Source: the human T2T-CHM13v2.0 reference genome, Homo sapiens
NCBI RefSeq assembly: GCF_009914755.1
Contig: NC_060926.1
Reading direction: 5' to 3' (one strand)
Length of the DNA: 64,000 nucleotides
The notes beneath the pieces are model-generated. The model had not been told where the DNA came from. It did not search any database and saw nothing but the letters and a program-made list of their open reading frames with translations. The stretch's first letter is position 1. Each line of letters starts with the position of its first letter. Made by a program: the position numbers and the translations under genes. Shown here piece after piece: positions 1 to 15,860 of this stretch.

Positions 1-2289
1 TTACATACATGGTCTTCAAAAAGTTCTTGTTCAGTGGATGACATTGTAAAATAGCTGAAGGCATGCTAGAAACCATCTGTAGATGGCATTTAAAGAGAAG
101 TTGAATTTCCTTTTCACATTCCATTTAGACTTCAGTTCTTAGCCATAGGGTAGAATTTGCCTCCTCTGCTAAATAGCCATATTTTGCTTGTCATGGAATC
201 TGAAATAAGATAGCCCTGTGTGCAATGTGTAATACAATTGTCCTAGACTTGAATACATTTTATTTAAAATGCTATTTTTACAGATTGTTCCATCATTCCT
301 ATGGCTCCAAATAGCCAAGTTTAAAGGTACAGAAAGGCTGTGTGAAGACCTTGTGTCACTTTACTTTGTTTTCAAAAGTAGTTTACATCAATACTTCACT
401 GAAGTATTCTGTTCTATGTACTGGGCAAGCAGGAACCACCACTGGCTGTCAAGAAAAAAAAAAATTCCTAATGTCACTTTGCCTTTGGCAGAGCAAGAAC
501 AATACAAAAGATTACTTCCTGTCTCTCTACTGCCTGTGCACTTTTCCAAGAGAGAAAAGCATTTTCTTCTCTGTGGCCAAGACCATAAACGCTAATAGGT
601 GCAGCCTGTATGCATTCTGTCCATCATTCCATCTATTATTCTATGCCCACTGGCTGGCCCCGCACTTGGCACATAAGCAGTCTGAGTAATATTTATTTAT
701 GTTGAAGGAATGTTACTAGATCAGGGTCTACCCAGGGGAGCTTTTTTGATTAATCAAGAAACTATTTTTATAATTAAATTTGCATGAAAACTAGATTTCT
801 CCTGAGACTTAAGTTCAAGAGAAAGAAAATCTATCCTTTCATTTATTCAGAATCAAAGAGGCCCTGACTTGGAATAAACCTTATAAATACTGTCCTACGA
901 AAGTGGCTTTGTTGGTTGTTGCTTTGAATCATCTTGTGACTGCTAGGAAACACTAAGCCGCACATATAGAAAGAGCCTAATAAGATGGATAGCGAGAGAG
1001 CAGAAAATCTGATTAGAACGACCCAGCACAATCAGAAAATAACCACATGGGCTGAACACAGGCCTGCTGTTCTCTGCTGATTGCCGCTGGGCCCTTCCCC
1101 ATGGGCTTTTTCCTTTCCTCACTTAAGCTCCATTCATTCATTTTCTCTCTCTGCTTCTCTCCCCCTTTTTGTTTCTCTCTCTCAATATCCTGGTCTTACA
1201 TTTCTAACAGGGTTGGTCTGTGATAATTGTGATTTTGTTACAAGATGTAAATGCAATCCTGGCTTTGTGGCAGGGCTAAAAAAAAAAGACATCTGTGTAA
1301 ATGTTTGGATTTGTAATTTTATCCCACTCCCAGACTACAAGTTTTGATAGGATTAACTGAAAATCTAGTGCCCAGGTAAATTCACACTGACTCAAACCTG
1401 TCTGAGCCCCTAGTGGGTTAATTAGACCATTGTCATCAGGTTCCCAAGCATGAGAGTTGTGTTCTTTGGAAGGCACTGTGGGGTGAGCGTTCTCTTTATG
1501 CACAGGGGGTAGCAATAATCATAGGAGAACTTCATGTCTTTCATCACTGGATCGTTTTCTGAAATGAACCACGTGCAAAGTGATCCAGCAAAGCTGGGAA
1601 ACAAGCTGACCTGTGGTTAGGACTGGCCAGGGATGAGGAAGTATTTAGCATTCTGGCAAATGCAGGAAGCCTCTAGCTAAGGCAAGTCTGTTGCCCAGGC
1701 TTCACTCAGAGGTGGTGGAGACAGGCTTGTCTGCACAAAAAGACCTTTCCCCACATATCCCTACACCTCAGTGTGTCTTCTGCTGCAATGCACAAACAGG
1801 TGGGCACTGGATTTCCTGGCAATTGAAAGAACGTGGGTCCCAAATATATGTTACTGACGTATTGAGCCTCTGTCAACACCTTTCAAGTGAAGATGAGAAC
1901 TGATGCCATGATTCAGATATATCAAGACCCCAAAGGTCTATTAATTCAATATCCAATTAACTGAGAGTTAACCAGTCAGGGTAAAGGTCCTGGGCAACTG
2001 TCCCTTCTCTTAGGATGTGCAGATGAGCTGACTGCAGGGCACAGGTTCTAAACACCCAGCCCTGGCCTACCGTGTTTGTGGGAGAGCTTGTTGCAACTGC
2101 CAGCAGGATGCTGCCCTCCAAGAAAAAGAAGACTGATGACATTTACCATTGCCACGTGTACTCTGATTAACTCACTGGAAGGGGATTTGTCTGTGTCTTT
2201 GGCCTCATGATGTGTGGGGAGACTATTCAGCTTTACAAGACCTTAAGCTTACACATTTTTAGGGGTCCTCTTTAAGAAAAAGCATATAA

Positions 2290-3480
2290 AATTGGGTGTA
2301 GGAGTTTCTAATAAAGTTAACCATACACCTACTCTGTGACCCAGCAATTCTACTCTGACTTATATCCCCAAGAGAATTCTTGCAGATGTCCACAAAAAGA
2401 CTAATACAAGAACACTCACAGCAACTTTATTCATAGTGGCCCCAAACTGCAGAAATTTTAGCTATTTGAGATTGCAGGCTATCAATTTTCCACTTTAGAG
2501 AGTGGTTCTAAGGCAATTCCTCTGTTTAATCAGAAATTTTGATTTTTCTTGCTTTTAGCTGGAAAAATGACCATCCGCCAACTTAATACAGTCTTTACTT
2601 GTTTTTGATCCAGAGAATATAGCACATTCATTGTGCAAGGTGTTGATTCAGCAAGGCTAACAACAACAAAAAGACAAGAAACTACGGAGGAGCTTGTAAC
2701 TGCCTGTTTCTGTACAACCCAAATGTCCATCAAGAGATGAATGCATAAAGGAAGAGATATATATTTATACAATGGCATACTACTCAGCAGTAAAAAAAAA
2801 AAATGAATTACTGGTATGTGTAATAACATGGACTAACTCTATATACATTATGCTAAGCAAAAGAAGCCATGTAAATGACTCCATTTGACATTCTAGAACA
2901 GGCAAAATTAATCTTGGGCACTATTTATTAGAATGAGCAAATGATTAAAAAAATCTGGAACTCTGGTGGGAATGCAAAATGGAACAGTCACTTTGGAAAG
3001 CACTTCAGCAGTTTCTTATAATGTTCATATACATTTAGCCTGCAATCCCATTCCTTGCTATTTACCCAAGTGGAACAAAACCTGTATTCATACAAAAACC
3101 CATACATAAATGATTAGCATGTTTTTATTCATAATAACCCCCAAACTAAAAAGAACCCAAGTGTCTCTCAACTGTGGAATGAGTAACCACGTCATAATAT
3201 ATCAATATAATGAAATACAACCCAGCAATAAAAATAGATCATTGATATACACAACAACACAGGTGGAGCTTAAATGCTCCATGTTAGTGGGAGAAACCAC
3301 ACCCAAAGGATACATACAAACTGTGATTTCATTTCTATGCCATGCCACAGAAAACAAGATCAATGATTTCAAGTGGTTGGCTACAAAAGGTGTGGGGGAA
3401 ATTTTGGCAGTTATGAAATGTTCTATGTCTTTATTGTGATGGTAGTTACATGACTGTTTATTTGTGAAAACTCACAGAAC
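2290..3480 (+). mobile_element. Cluster of old L1M(E/C) 3' fragments
   Basis: gacccagcaattctactc, caacccaaatgtccatcaa and ggtgggaatgcaaaatgg motifs of L1 3' ends. Confidence 0.65.
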
Positions 3481-4070
3481 TGTGGCCTTAACTCCATGGA
3501 GGTTTCTCCTTCAGCAGAAGCTATATATGTTATGAAAACCATGAGAGAAACAGTCTAGGAAGAAAAATCAATGAATTAAACTCAGGGAAATATCCACCAG
3601 GAGACTTAGCCACGAGCATCCACATAAAACTCTTTCCCATCTCTTGAAATCACAAACTCTATGGCTGGTAACATAGGTAACAGTGTCCTTTTCTCTCTCG
3701 GAATCCTACCTCTCACCTTGGCAGCCTGCACAACTGCTTATTTTCTTGACTGAGAAAGACCTGATTCTAAGAGAGAGAATTCTTTGTATTAGACAAGTTA
3801 GACCAAACTGAGATAAGAAATAAACTCAAACATTTAATGGCTCAAACAATAGAAGTTAGCTAGAATTCAGTCACATCACCTCACCGAACTAGAAGAGAGG
3901 CTGTAATATCAAGTCCAGGTGCATGCCAGGAAGATGGGGAAAATGGAATTGGGGGGACAACCAGCAGTAGACTTTATGCTCTGAAACCATTTAAAATAGC
4001 AAGTGGTACTTTCAACTGCTTTGCTTATCAAGGGTTTGGCTTAAACATAGGCAACTATTCACATATCTAC

Positions 4071-4378
4071 TTTGTTTTGTTTTGTTTTGTTTTGTTTTGA
4101 GACAGGGTCTCACTCTGTTGCCCAGGCTGGAGTGCAGTGGTGCAATCATAGTTTACTGAAGCCTGAACCTCCTAGGCTGATGTGATCCTCCCACGTCAGC
4201 CTCCCAAGTAACTGGGACTACAGATGCATGCCACCATTCTGGGCTAATTTTTTTATTTTTCATAGAAACAGGATGTCTGTATTGCCCAGGCTGGTCTCGA
4301 ACTGCTGAGCTTAAGTGATCCACCCACCTTGGCTTCCCAAAGTGCTGGGATTACAGGCATGAGCCAAAGAGCCCGGCT
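4071..4378 (-). mobile_element. AluJ
   Basis: Diverged Alu dimer with a (TTTTG)n tail. Confidence 0.9.
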
Positions 4379-4824
4379 ACTATTTTTATCAGGGCTTTTG
4401 ACCATTCATAACTCTTTTGATAGAAAGATAAAGAACAATGGCAAAGAAGATAAAAAATCTTATCTTGTTATATTAACAGAAGTTTCAATAGTGAAAGATC
4501 TTATAATTATGGTTTCAGTTGAAGCTGATGAATTACTTGTAGGTTTAATGATGACACCACTCTGATCTTAGGTAATTGATAGGGGTCAAAATTATTAATA
4601 TAATTAAATTTGTATTTGACATAATACATAATAGGCAAATCAATAACTACTAGATGTAGCTGCTTTTGAGTTGACCTGAACTTAGAAGGCAGGATAGGCT
4701 GGAATCTTTCAGACAGTAAGAAACTAATCAGTGAGATTTTTCTAGGCTTTGCAAATTTTTTTTTTTTAATGTCAAACGCAATTCAGTATGACCAAGGGGG
4801 AAAGTGATGGCGCTGGGGAAAATA

Positions 4825-5178
4825 CAGTTATGTAACGCCTAATGACAAAGACATGTTCTGAGAAATGCATCATTTGGTGAATTCATCATTGTGGAAACAT
4901 TATAGCATGTATTTACACAAACCTAGATTGTATGGCTTGCTACACACTTAGGCTGTATGGTACAGCGTATGGCTCCTAGGCTACAAGCCAGATAGCATGT
5001 TACTATATTGACTACTATAAGCAGTTATAACACAGTGGTAAGTATTTCTGTATCTAAACATAGAAAATGTAGAGTAAAAACATAGAATTATAATCTTATG
5101 GGACCACCATCCTATATGTGGTCCAACGTTGATGAATATTGACAACATGGTCCAACGCTGTCATGGGGCACATGACTG
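4825..5178. mobile_element. Tigger3a-type (MER7) DNA transposon
   Basis: CAGT...ACTG termini with TA target duplication at 4823-4824 and 5179-5180. Confidence 0.8.
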
Positions 5179-5977
5179 TACTCCAAAGGATGATATAGCC
5201 CTAAACACTCAAGCATTACTCACGGAACAATTCTAATAATTACTACTGACAATGTGTACTAAATAGGTATATTTTACAACAAAAAGACAAACAAAATGTA
5301 AGCCATGATTAGAAGGAATACTGGGAACCAAACAGAATGTTTTCCTATCTTTGTTTCAGAAATGCTGGGTTCTGCGGGAAGTGCTAGCTGTGAATTATTA
5401 AGTAAGACAGAAATCTACCTGAAATATCACAGGTAAGGACAAGTAGCTAAGCAAGGAGAGTAATATCTAGCTCTGTGAAGGTAAACTACAATATAAAAAG
5501 GACTTTTGTATAAAGTAAATGCTCTTTAAATCTTTGTTAAATAAATACATAAATTAATCAAGTCTTATAGGGTATAGAACGTAGACATATTCACCAAATG
5601 CTGGAAGTGAGGATTAAGAAGATGAGTCTAGCACACTCATAAAAAGAAAGAATCACTTTGCACAAGAACAGTAAACCTAAGGAACATGTTTTCTTAAGAG
5701 GCAGAACGTGAAAAAATTTGTAGGACTGAGAGTGGAAAAATAAATTCATGAACAATATATCATTAATGGGTTACTAAGGGAAGCAAGGGATGTTTGAGGG
5801 TTATCTTTTGAGATTGTTGCTAAACTATAGGGTAACTTGGGGGAAGTTCTCCAAACAATGCTTCTCTATAAATCATCCCTGGATGTCACTCTCAGAAAGA
5901 GGATAGTGGGATGAGCAGTCTCTGTGTCCAGTATGGTTCTTCTTTTATAAAAACAAGCTTTTAAAGTAAAGCCAGGA

Positions 5978-6012
5978 CAACAACAACAACAACAGCAACA
6001 ACCACCACCACC
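5978..6012. repeat. (ACA)n-(ACC)n compound trinucleotide microsatellite
   Basis: acaacaacaacaacaacagcaacaaccaccaccacc read directly. Confidence 0.9.
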
Positions 6013-8548
6013 CAGGCATTTGCTTCTGTCCACAGGATTTTCAGATGGAGCCTGCCAGCTTGGAGATGCTGAGGAGTGCTCTGTGACTGACAGCCATTAT
6101 CTAAAAAGACATCCATGACACGAGAAAGGAGTGGCCACTCAGGAAAGGGTTCTGTGCCCATTTGTGTCACAAGACACAGTCCAAGGAATCATAGTGATGG
6201 AGTTTCTGCAGCCTGAAAGAGAGTAACAATTAATTAATGTTCAAAAAAGTGGAAAGTGTGCTAGCTATTTTTGGCTGCTATGTCTTCTAGAGTAGAGGCT
6301 GAATGAACAAGGAAGCAGGAGGTAGACAGAAAAGAGCAACAAAGAGCACCTGGAGCCACTCCCAGAACACAGAGCTTTTGTACCAGACAGCTAGCTTCTC
6401 AGGGAAAAGTGTTGTCATTTCCTACAAGCAGAAAAAAGCATGTACATCTATAGGAGTGCACATGCCCTTATGTCAGAGGACCACAGCCAGAGGAAGTCTG
6501 GGTGGCATCCTGGAAAGGCCAGGATGGGACTGTAGGACAAAGGAATCACCCAGGCCCATGTGCACAGCTCTGGTGACATCCTTTGAAACCTGGTTTCTGT
6601 TCTGAGATTTCCTCTTTGATCTCTTCATTGAAAAGTCTGGTCTGAGGGAAACACAAATCCCTTGAGCTGGGTTATCATACCATCTATCCAGTTCCTCTTC
6701 CAGGCAACTTGTTTCAGGACAAAAGTGCCAGAGATGACTGCCAGCACGATGACTTCTGGGGCTTCCTGGCATGAGTGATGCTGTATCACTTGGGTATAAG
6801 CATGGCTTGGATGCTATGTCATAAGGACAAAATGTACTTTTCCTCTCCCTGCTCTGGGCTCATTGTTGTTTGCTCTCTGCCTTTCTCTCTATACACCTGT
6901 CTCTTTCTCCCTCCTTCTCCCCTGCCCTCCCTCTCTCTATTGCTCTCCCACCCAAGACATTTTTCATTCTAAAAAATGTAGCAACACATTTATTATCCCT
7001 GAGTAACTCCACAGACAATCAAGAAAATGCGTTACAGCATGATGAAGTGTCACGCACAATGAACATATAGCAAAATAAATTACCCTATAAACGAAGAAAA
7101 ACATTTCACCAATGCATAGTGCAGAAATATCTGAAGGTAACAATTTACTTCAATGAACAACTATTTGGAAAAAAAACAACAGCCCTAAGTCAGAACCTGA
7201 TATTTATAAAGGGTTTCAGACTTGTGCAGGGCAATTATTTAGCCAGTGAGTTTGTTAAGGTGGAAGGCAGGCTGCCAGCACCGAAGCCTACTCATCCTTC
7301 ATGTCACGTGATCTTATGAGACGCCCCCCGACCCCACGTCTGGGTTGATGCCCGCTGACCTCTCATTACCCACGCGTATAACTTTATTTTGCATCTAATG
7401 CATTGTTTTGGGATTGCCATTTCATGCACCTGCACCTGTGGCTAGGTTGCAAGCTTCTTGAGGAACAGGTAGGACCTCAGCTGATTGAACTCTGCTAGCA
7501 CAAGGCTCCCAGCATGATGGACAATTAATACATGATTGACAAATGCACAAATGGATAATTGATACCAACTCCAAGATCTTGACTGATTTCTGCAAGATGG
7601 CAGGGCGCAAAAACTAGTGTGTGGCTTCATGTTCTCTTGAGATCCAAGAAATATGAATCAGGCCAAGTGGTCTGCAAGAGCAATTACCATCATGGATTGT
7701 CTTTAGATGGCCTCCAGGCCAACCTCACATAGGGTGGGACTCAGCAGCAACCTTTTACAGTGAGTCCATCCACCATTATTGTAGCATTGGCTCACCTTCA
7801 AGTCTTTGCTTGTATCACTGTCTCAGTGAGGCCTCCCGTGAGCACCCATTTACAGTTGCACCTGCCCCACCCCACACCAGCACTCCTGACTCCTCTGGCT
7901 CTGTCCTCCATTTTCCTCTCTAGCTCTTATCTCCTTAATGTATTACATGATTTACTTATTCATCCTGTTTATTGTTTACTGGTTCTCTTTCCCACTAGAA
8001 TGTAAACTCTTCTATGTGCTTGGCACATAGTAGGTGCTCAATAAATATGTGCTGAATGAATGTATGCTACCTTATGACACTGGCCAAGATATATAAACTG
8101 TGGCCTAAAGCAATGGGATTTTATCTATATCCTTTGGAAAACAGAGTTCTGCTGAGATACTTCTGGCTGCAGGACACTGAGAAGGAGGCCAAATAGGCAG
8201 AGTTTAAGGGCTCCTCCTTCTATGTCGCCACTTTTGCCTGTTTTTTCTTTACAGTTTTATAAAATATTTATTTTGAGAAAGGAATTCTGCTGCTCTTAAT
8301 AAAACATGCCTGAAACCCGCTGATGTATAGCAAAATATATATCGCTCTGTATTTGAATAAAAATGTACCAGGGAGGATCTTTATTTGATTACCTATATTC
8401 TGAACCTTATGTAAAAGTAGAATGAGCTCTTATCTATTGCTTATCAAGGAATACCACAATTTGCCTAAGCCTTTTCTACTCAAAATGTTTGGATCCATAG
8501 ACCAAAGATGATAGCATCATGTGAGAACTTGTTAGAAATGCAAAATCG

Positions 8549-8907
<359 letters not shown>

Positions 8908-10254
8908 TTAGAATTTGCATTTTAACAAGATCCCCAGTTGATTCAGAGCCACCTCTAAGGACTGTGTCCTTAATGCTATAATTTCTTGCTTTTTCTAGAA
9001 TGCTGTGAACCCATTGGGAAGCTAGACTTCACTGTGCTGTCTTTGTTTAGGCTGTATTTAAAGCACAGGACTGCTGAAGAAGTTGGGTAGATAGAGTGGG
9101 GGAAGATGGGGGAAGCAGTGTATGTGGACACACCACACTTGAGATAATTAAACTTGAACAGCTGACTGCATGCCTGGGACTGGATTATTTGGCTAAAGAA
9201 CAGAGTGAGAGCTCAAGTAATTGAAATATACTATATTCCCTGTACTTCATTTCAGCCAATACTTTCAACATCTTCCTGTAATAAATCTTCTACCATTGCT
9301 GCTAGCAAGGGTAAAATGAATGGAGTTAAGTTTCAGCTCCTTTCTCTGCTCCTTTGCCAAGTGGAAGCACTAACAAGGGATGACCTATCTGGAAAGTAGG
9401 CAGCAGAAAAAACAAAGAGGAGAAAAAGAGGAAGGGAAGTGGAGGCTCTATACAATCCCAAAACATTGTTACCAAGCTATGGCCTCTGAAAAAGTAAGGG
9501 CTCACTGCACATTAATTTGAAAGTATGCACACATTCTGTAAGCCAAACTTTATTAATTACATTTGGAAAGAGAAGTTTGGTAAGGTAGCCAAGCTTTTAC
9601 CCACAGTATACTTTTAAGTTACCTGCAATCAAATTGAAAGATACTTTAATATTTCTTGAGCAATTGCAAGACATCCTGTAAATACCTTTCAGTTTCATTT
9701 TATCTTCCCTGTAACTTGGGGTTGTGGTTCTTGATGAATGATTTGGCATCTTCCTATATGACTTTGATCATATCAGTTAGCAGCACTGTAGCAGGATACT
9801 TATGTGCCTTTGCTCTGAAACTACCCATTAAGAGATGAATAAAAAATCAACAACATTACCCACATCATTAGTTTATGTAATAAAAAGTGATTAAATACAG
9901 CTAGCTTTCAAATGCATGTAAAATAGATCTAGCTGAAAGTATAAATTTTCATAATGTGTATGTTCTGCTTGGATTGAATTACCTTAAATAACAGAAAATC
10001 ACCATCCTACCTCACTGATAACAGTCAACACTGAAGTCATTACTGGATTATGACAATTTTACAAAAATGGTTGATGATGCTATAATTTACATTGCTAGTA
10101 TTGTTACACTTCTAATTGGTTAAATCCTCCAAAACTGACCAATTATACCTTCAGCAAAAATAAATGAGAGCATGAACTTTTAGGTGTTGGAAGTAGAAGT
10201 GGGATATGTGAAAGAGGGTAAGATGAACTTATTAATTAAGAAATATACATGGTT

Positions 10255-10576
<322 letters not shown>

Positions 10577-12067
10577 CTACCAAAAGATTTGACGAGTCAA
10601 ATGTGTGTGTTTACCCTCTCTGTTTTTAGAGATTAGCAGGATAATGGGCATTCCCAGCTCATGTCCGCATTCCTGGACTTCTTTGGGTGGAAGTTCTAGG
10701 AGCCAGGGTACTATGGGTTTGGAAACTTCATCTCTAGAACACCCTTCAGGTGGGTGAGTCATGGCTTATTACTAAAGCTACTTGGAAGGCCACCAAGTCT
10801 CAGGTTCCCTAATCAGCATCAGACACTTCTTTTAACATTCATGAACAGTGTTTAACAGCGTTCAACACTGGTCACGCCTCCTCATTAAAAGGTTGTGTCT
10901 GGTTCTGAGGTTTGTAATTTAATCTCTTTATGAAACACTTTTGCCATGGAATGATATGAAATTTTCACAACGAACATTTTTCAGTCTTTATCCTTACTGA
11001 GTTCTCAGCAGCACCCAAACCACTCTTCCTTGCTGGTTGTTCCTTTCTCTTTGAAACACCCTCTTGCCTTGGTTTCCATGACACTGCATTATGCTGACGT
11101 TCTTCTACTTCTATGACAAACACTTCTCTCTCTCATTTAGTGGCTCATTCTCCTCAATATGGCCATTAAGTACAGATGTTCTATAAGTTCACTGTGGCCC
11201 TCAGTCTTATCGTCCTAAACTGGTCTTCTTTGCTTCTTGCTGTATTCTCTCTCCCTAATCAATCTCATTCACTCCGAGGCTTCACTGACCATCCAGATGA
11301 TGATGACCCCTAAATTATTCAGCTCAGAACTACTCTACCACCAACCTTGTCCAACTTATTAATAGTGTCTCCCACCAGGATTATTTTGATTGAACCCTCT
11401 CCAAATTGTTCTCCACACCATGGCCAGAGTGATTGTTGGAAATTCAAATCTAACTACGATGCTCCTTGCTGAATAGCTTCATATTGTTCTTAGGTGAACC
11501 CTGCCTTAACCTTAGCCTTGCCTACAAAGGTTGTAGGAACTCACCTCTGAGGACTCATCATGTCTCACCTTGTCCCCTGACGTGCCTCTGGGCTCTACCA
11601 CATTGGCCTTATATTTTAGGTCTCCATGTGTTCTAGGCTCCTTCTTTCCAGAGACCTTTTTCAAATAGTTCTTCTTCCTGGAATTTCGTTTTCTCCCTTG
11701 TTGCCTTCCTATAGCAATTTTCGAGATTTTATCTTGGCTTAGTCTCTTCTCTCTGCACTTTCTCACTCAGAGGTTTAGTTTTATCAACTTCTGTGGTTCC
11801 AATAATCATTTCTGTGCGGACAATACACGTATCTACCTCTTTTTAATTTTTATATTTTTTCCCATTTAGAACCACCTGCATTTGAAGAGCTACCTCTTTT
11901 AAAGCTGCAGATAAACATCTTCAGTATGAATATTTCTATCTAAAAGTCTTATAAATGCCTTAACTTAATATTTAATATGTCTCAAAATCACCTTTTTCCT
12001 AAATCTGCTCCTCCTTGTTCTCACTGTATCGTGGTAATGCTATCAGCAGTCTTAAAGTCACTCCCTT

Positions 12068-12777
12068 TTTAAAATAGCATCTGCATTGAGATTCAATTCA
12101 CATACCATGAAATATGTTACATTTATATTTACATGAATACAAAAACCCTTCAAAGTGTACAATTCAGTGGGTTTTGGTGGATTCAAAGAATCGTGCAATC
12201 ATTACTAATGTCTAATTTTAGAACGTTATCATCATCTCACAAAGGAACCTCAAATCCATTAGCAGTCATTTCTCACCCCTCTCTCCCCCTAGTACTTGGG
12301 AGCCACTAATCTACTTTCTCTCTCTATGGATTGGCCTATGACAGACACTTCATGTAAATAGAATCAAAGAATCTGTAGCTTTTTGTGTCAGGCTTCTTTC
12401 ACTTAGCACAATGTTTTCAAGGTTTGTCCATGTTGTAGCAGGAATTAGGACTTTATTCCTTTTTAAAGCTGATTAATATTCCATTCTGTGGATATACCAC
12501 ATTTTCTTTACCTACTCATCAGTTGATGGATATTTGAGTTGCTGCCACTTAGGGCTGTCAGGAATGATGCTGCTGTAAATATTCCCATGCAGGTTTTTGT
12601 GTGGACGCATGTTTCCCATTCTCTTGTATATCCCTGAGAGTGGAATTGCTGGGTCTTACACTAGCTCTATGTCTGACTTTTTGACGAACTGCCAAGCAGC
12701 TTTCCACAGTGGCTGTACCATTTTACATTCTCATCGGCGGTATAGGAGGGTTTCAGTTTCTATACATCTTTACCAAT
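12068..12777 (-). mobile_element. L1MB-type 3' fragment
   Basis: Typical L1M 3'-end sequence; decayed TSD aagtcactcccttttt / aaggccactcactttt on the flanks. Confidence 0.75.
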
Positions 12778-15159
12778 AAGGCCACTCACTTTTGAAGCCA
12801 TAGTCATGCTTAGATGTAGAAACAAAGAAGGGGTAACGAGTTAGCTGCCTCATCTCACTTATTCAATCTCTGCAATGTCTCCTGAATCTGCCTCCTGCTT
12901 TCCATGAGCATTGGTACTGCCTTACACCATAGCTTCATTACTTTTCCTCTGGGAGACTGAGAGGTGTGCAAAACTCCTCTTGCCTCCCGTTTCTCCTTAT
13001 TTTAGCTCTGCCTTTATCAAATTAATAAGAGCCAAATTAAAGCTCTGATTCTGTCACTCAAGTGGTAAAAAATTCTCAATGACTTCCCAGTGCCAATTGA
13101 ATTAAGCCAGACTCCTGGATGGGCATTAGGGGCCCTCCATGGTATGGCTCTTGCCTGATGTTTTGGTCTTAACTCCATCTACTCTAGCATAAAAGTTGAG
13201 CTATTTGTAAAGCCTTATCACAATCACATCCCTAGTGGAAACCAGGTGAACTTTGTTAGTCCTTTCCTAATACTTCTATAAGCACATCCATTCGTATTAC
13301 TGTAAAAGTCTTCTTTGAACAATGTGTAAGTTCTAGAGCAATACATCTAGTGGGTGCACAATAATGCGTCCAACAATTTTTTGAATGAATTTTAAAAATG
13401 TATGAGTAAGCTATTCATTTTCTTATCTCTCTCCCATATATTCATTGAATTCATTCAACACCACTCTAGGGCAGTAAAGTTCCTGAGGGACAGGACTGTG
13501 TCTCAGACATCTTTGAATCTTCATCAGGTAACACATGACCTGGCATATACTAAGTTTTCAATAAATATTTGCTGAATGAATGAATGGATGAATCAACTAA
13601 TGAAAACCACACTGCACTCTGTCCTGGTCTTTGGACATGCTCTGAACTTCCCCACCACTTTGCCTTTGATAACAGTGTTCCCTCTTCCTGAAATGCCATC
13701 TCTCTCCAATAAGACCCATTTCAAAAAGCTTCCTCCATTGTGCCTTTCTTCTCACTTAGTCCAGTGAGAAACAGTCTCACTCACTACTCTTGTAGCACTT
13801 TATTAGTACCTCTCTCATGGCAAATCCTAGCCTGTCTTCCCTCACAGTCGTTTTTGAGCTCCTCTTATTCAATACTACCCAGGCCTAGCCCCTCCCTCAG
13901 TTATGATCCCCACAAGAAGAAGAAATGGATATTATTATTCCAGGCAGAATGTTTTACACATAAGTAAATAGTTAAGGACTGAATCACGGAGTAGAACACT
14001 GAGGGGAAATCTCGGAAGATACAGTAGAAGTCCTCCTTTTCCCTCCTTGAGTTTTCTCATTTCAGTATATGGCACCATTAAGCCAAAATCTGGGGATAAT
14101 ATTTGATTTCTCTGTTTTTCGTATCCATACATCCCATCTATTAGCAAATTTTATTGATTTACTCCAAGGTAGATCCTGAACCTGTTTTTTTTTTTTTTTT
14201 TTTTAGTCACCTTGGCTACTACCCTCATCCAGGCTGCCATAGCTTCTCTCCCTAACTGCTGCAACAACCTTGCAGTTGGTCTCTTTACTTTCATCCGTGC
14301 ATCTATACAAAATTAAATTTATGTTAAAATGTATACATTTAAAAATACACAGCAGATTTTGGCTGTCTGTTGTACTTAGGTTAAATCCAAACTCCTGTGT
14401 GTGGCTGCCCCTCTCTTCTAGAGGTGCTTGTTCCCTCGCATTTTCCCCCTTCTCACCTCTGCAGCAACACTGGCCTGGAATACCAGACAGGAGTTATATT
14501 TCACTTCCCATTCTGCTGCTAGGAATGATAACTTTGGACAAGTCTCTTTACCTCTGGGGCTCAATCTCTTATCTCTAAGATGAAGGGTATGGACTAAAGG
14601 CTCATAAATGCTTCTTTTAATTTAATTATCTTCTGAGTTCCTGAAGTTATTTGTCTCTACAGCCAGCATGGATTATTAGTAGGAATCATTTTTAAAACTG
14701 CTAAGCAATAAGAAAAATTGGTTGTGCTATGCCATAGTAATTTATTATGCTCAAATTTTTTGACATAATATTTTAAGACATGTTTTGAACTCCTCTTATC
14801 CAATACCACCCATGCTTAGCCCTTTCTTCAGTTATAATATATGTAAGAAGAGGGAATACATATTATTATTCCTAACAGAATGCTTTACACATAAGTAGTT
14901 ACTTAAGAACTGAATCAAGAAATAGTATATACAGCAAATACATCTTCTGAGACCAGGAAGATGAAAATAAATGCTTCATAAAGTATTTAAGTGGCTGAAT
15001 TATTCTTTCTTTTTAGTAAATGAAGGTTTCAGACAGTCCCTAAAGTGACTGCTGCTAGTTCATACATGCCATGTTGATTTATTTTGTTCACATATTACTT
15101 TACTAGAAAGTGTATAGGTTTTTTTCTCTAATTAAAAATCTTTTTTGTTGGGTAGGATG

Positions 15160-15860
<701 letters not shown>

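Noticed and set aside
269-7630. Many 60-115 aa ORFs at the left end of the window
   Set aside because: Lengths expected by chance, many non-ATG starts, no recognisable domains and no consistent splice structure.
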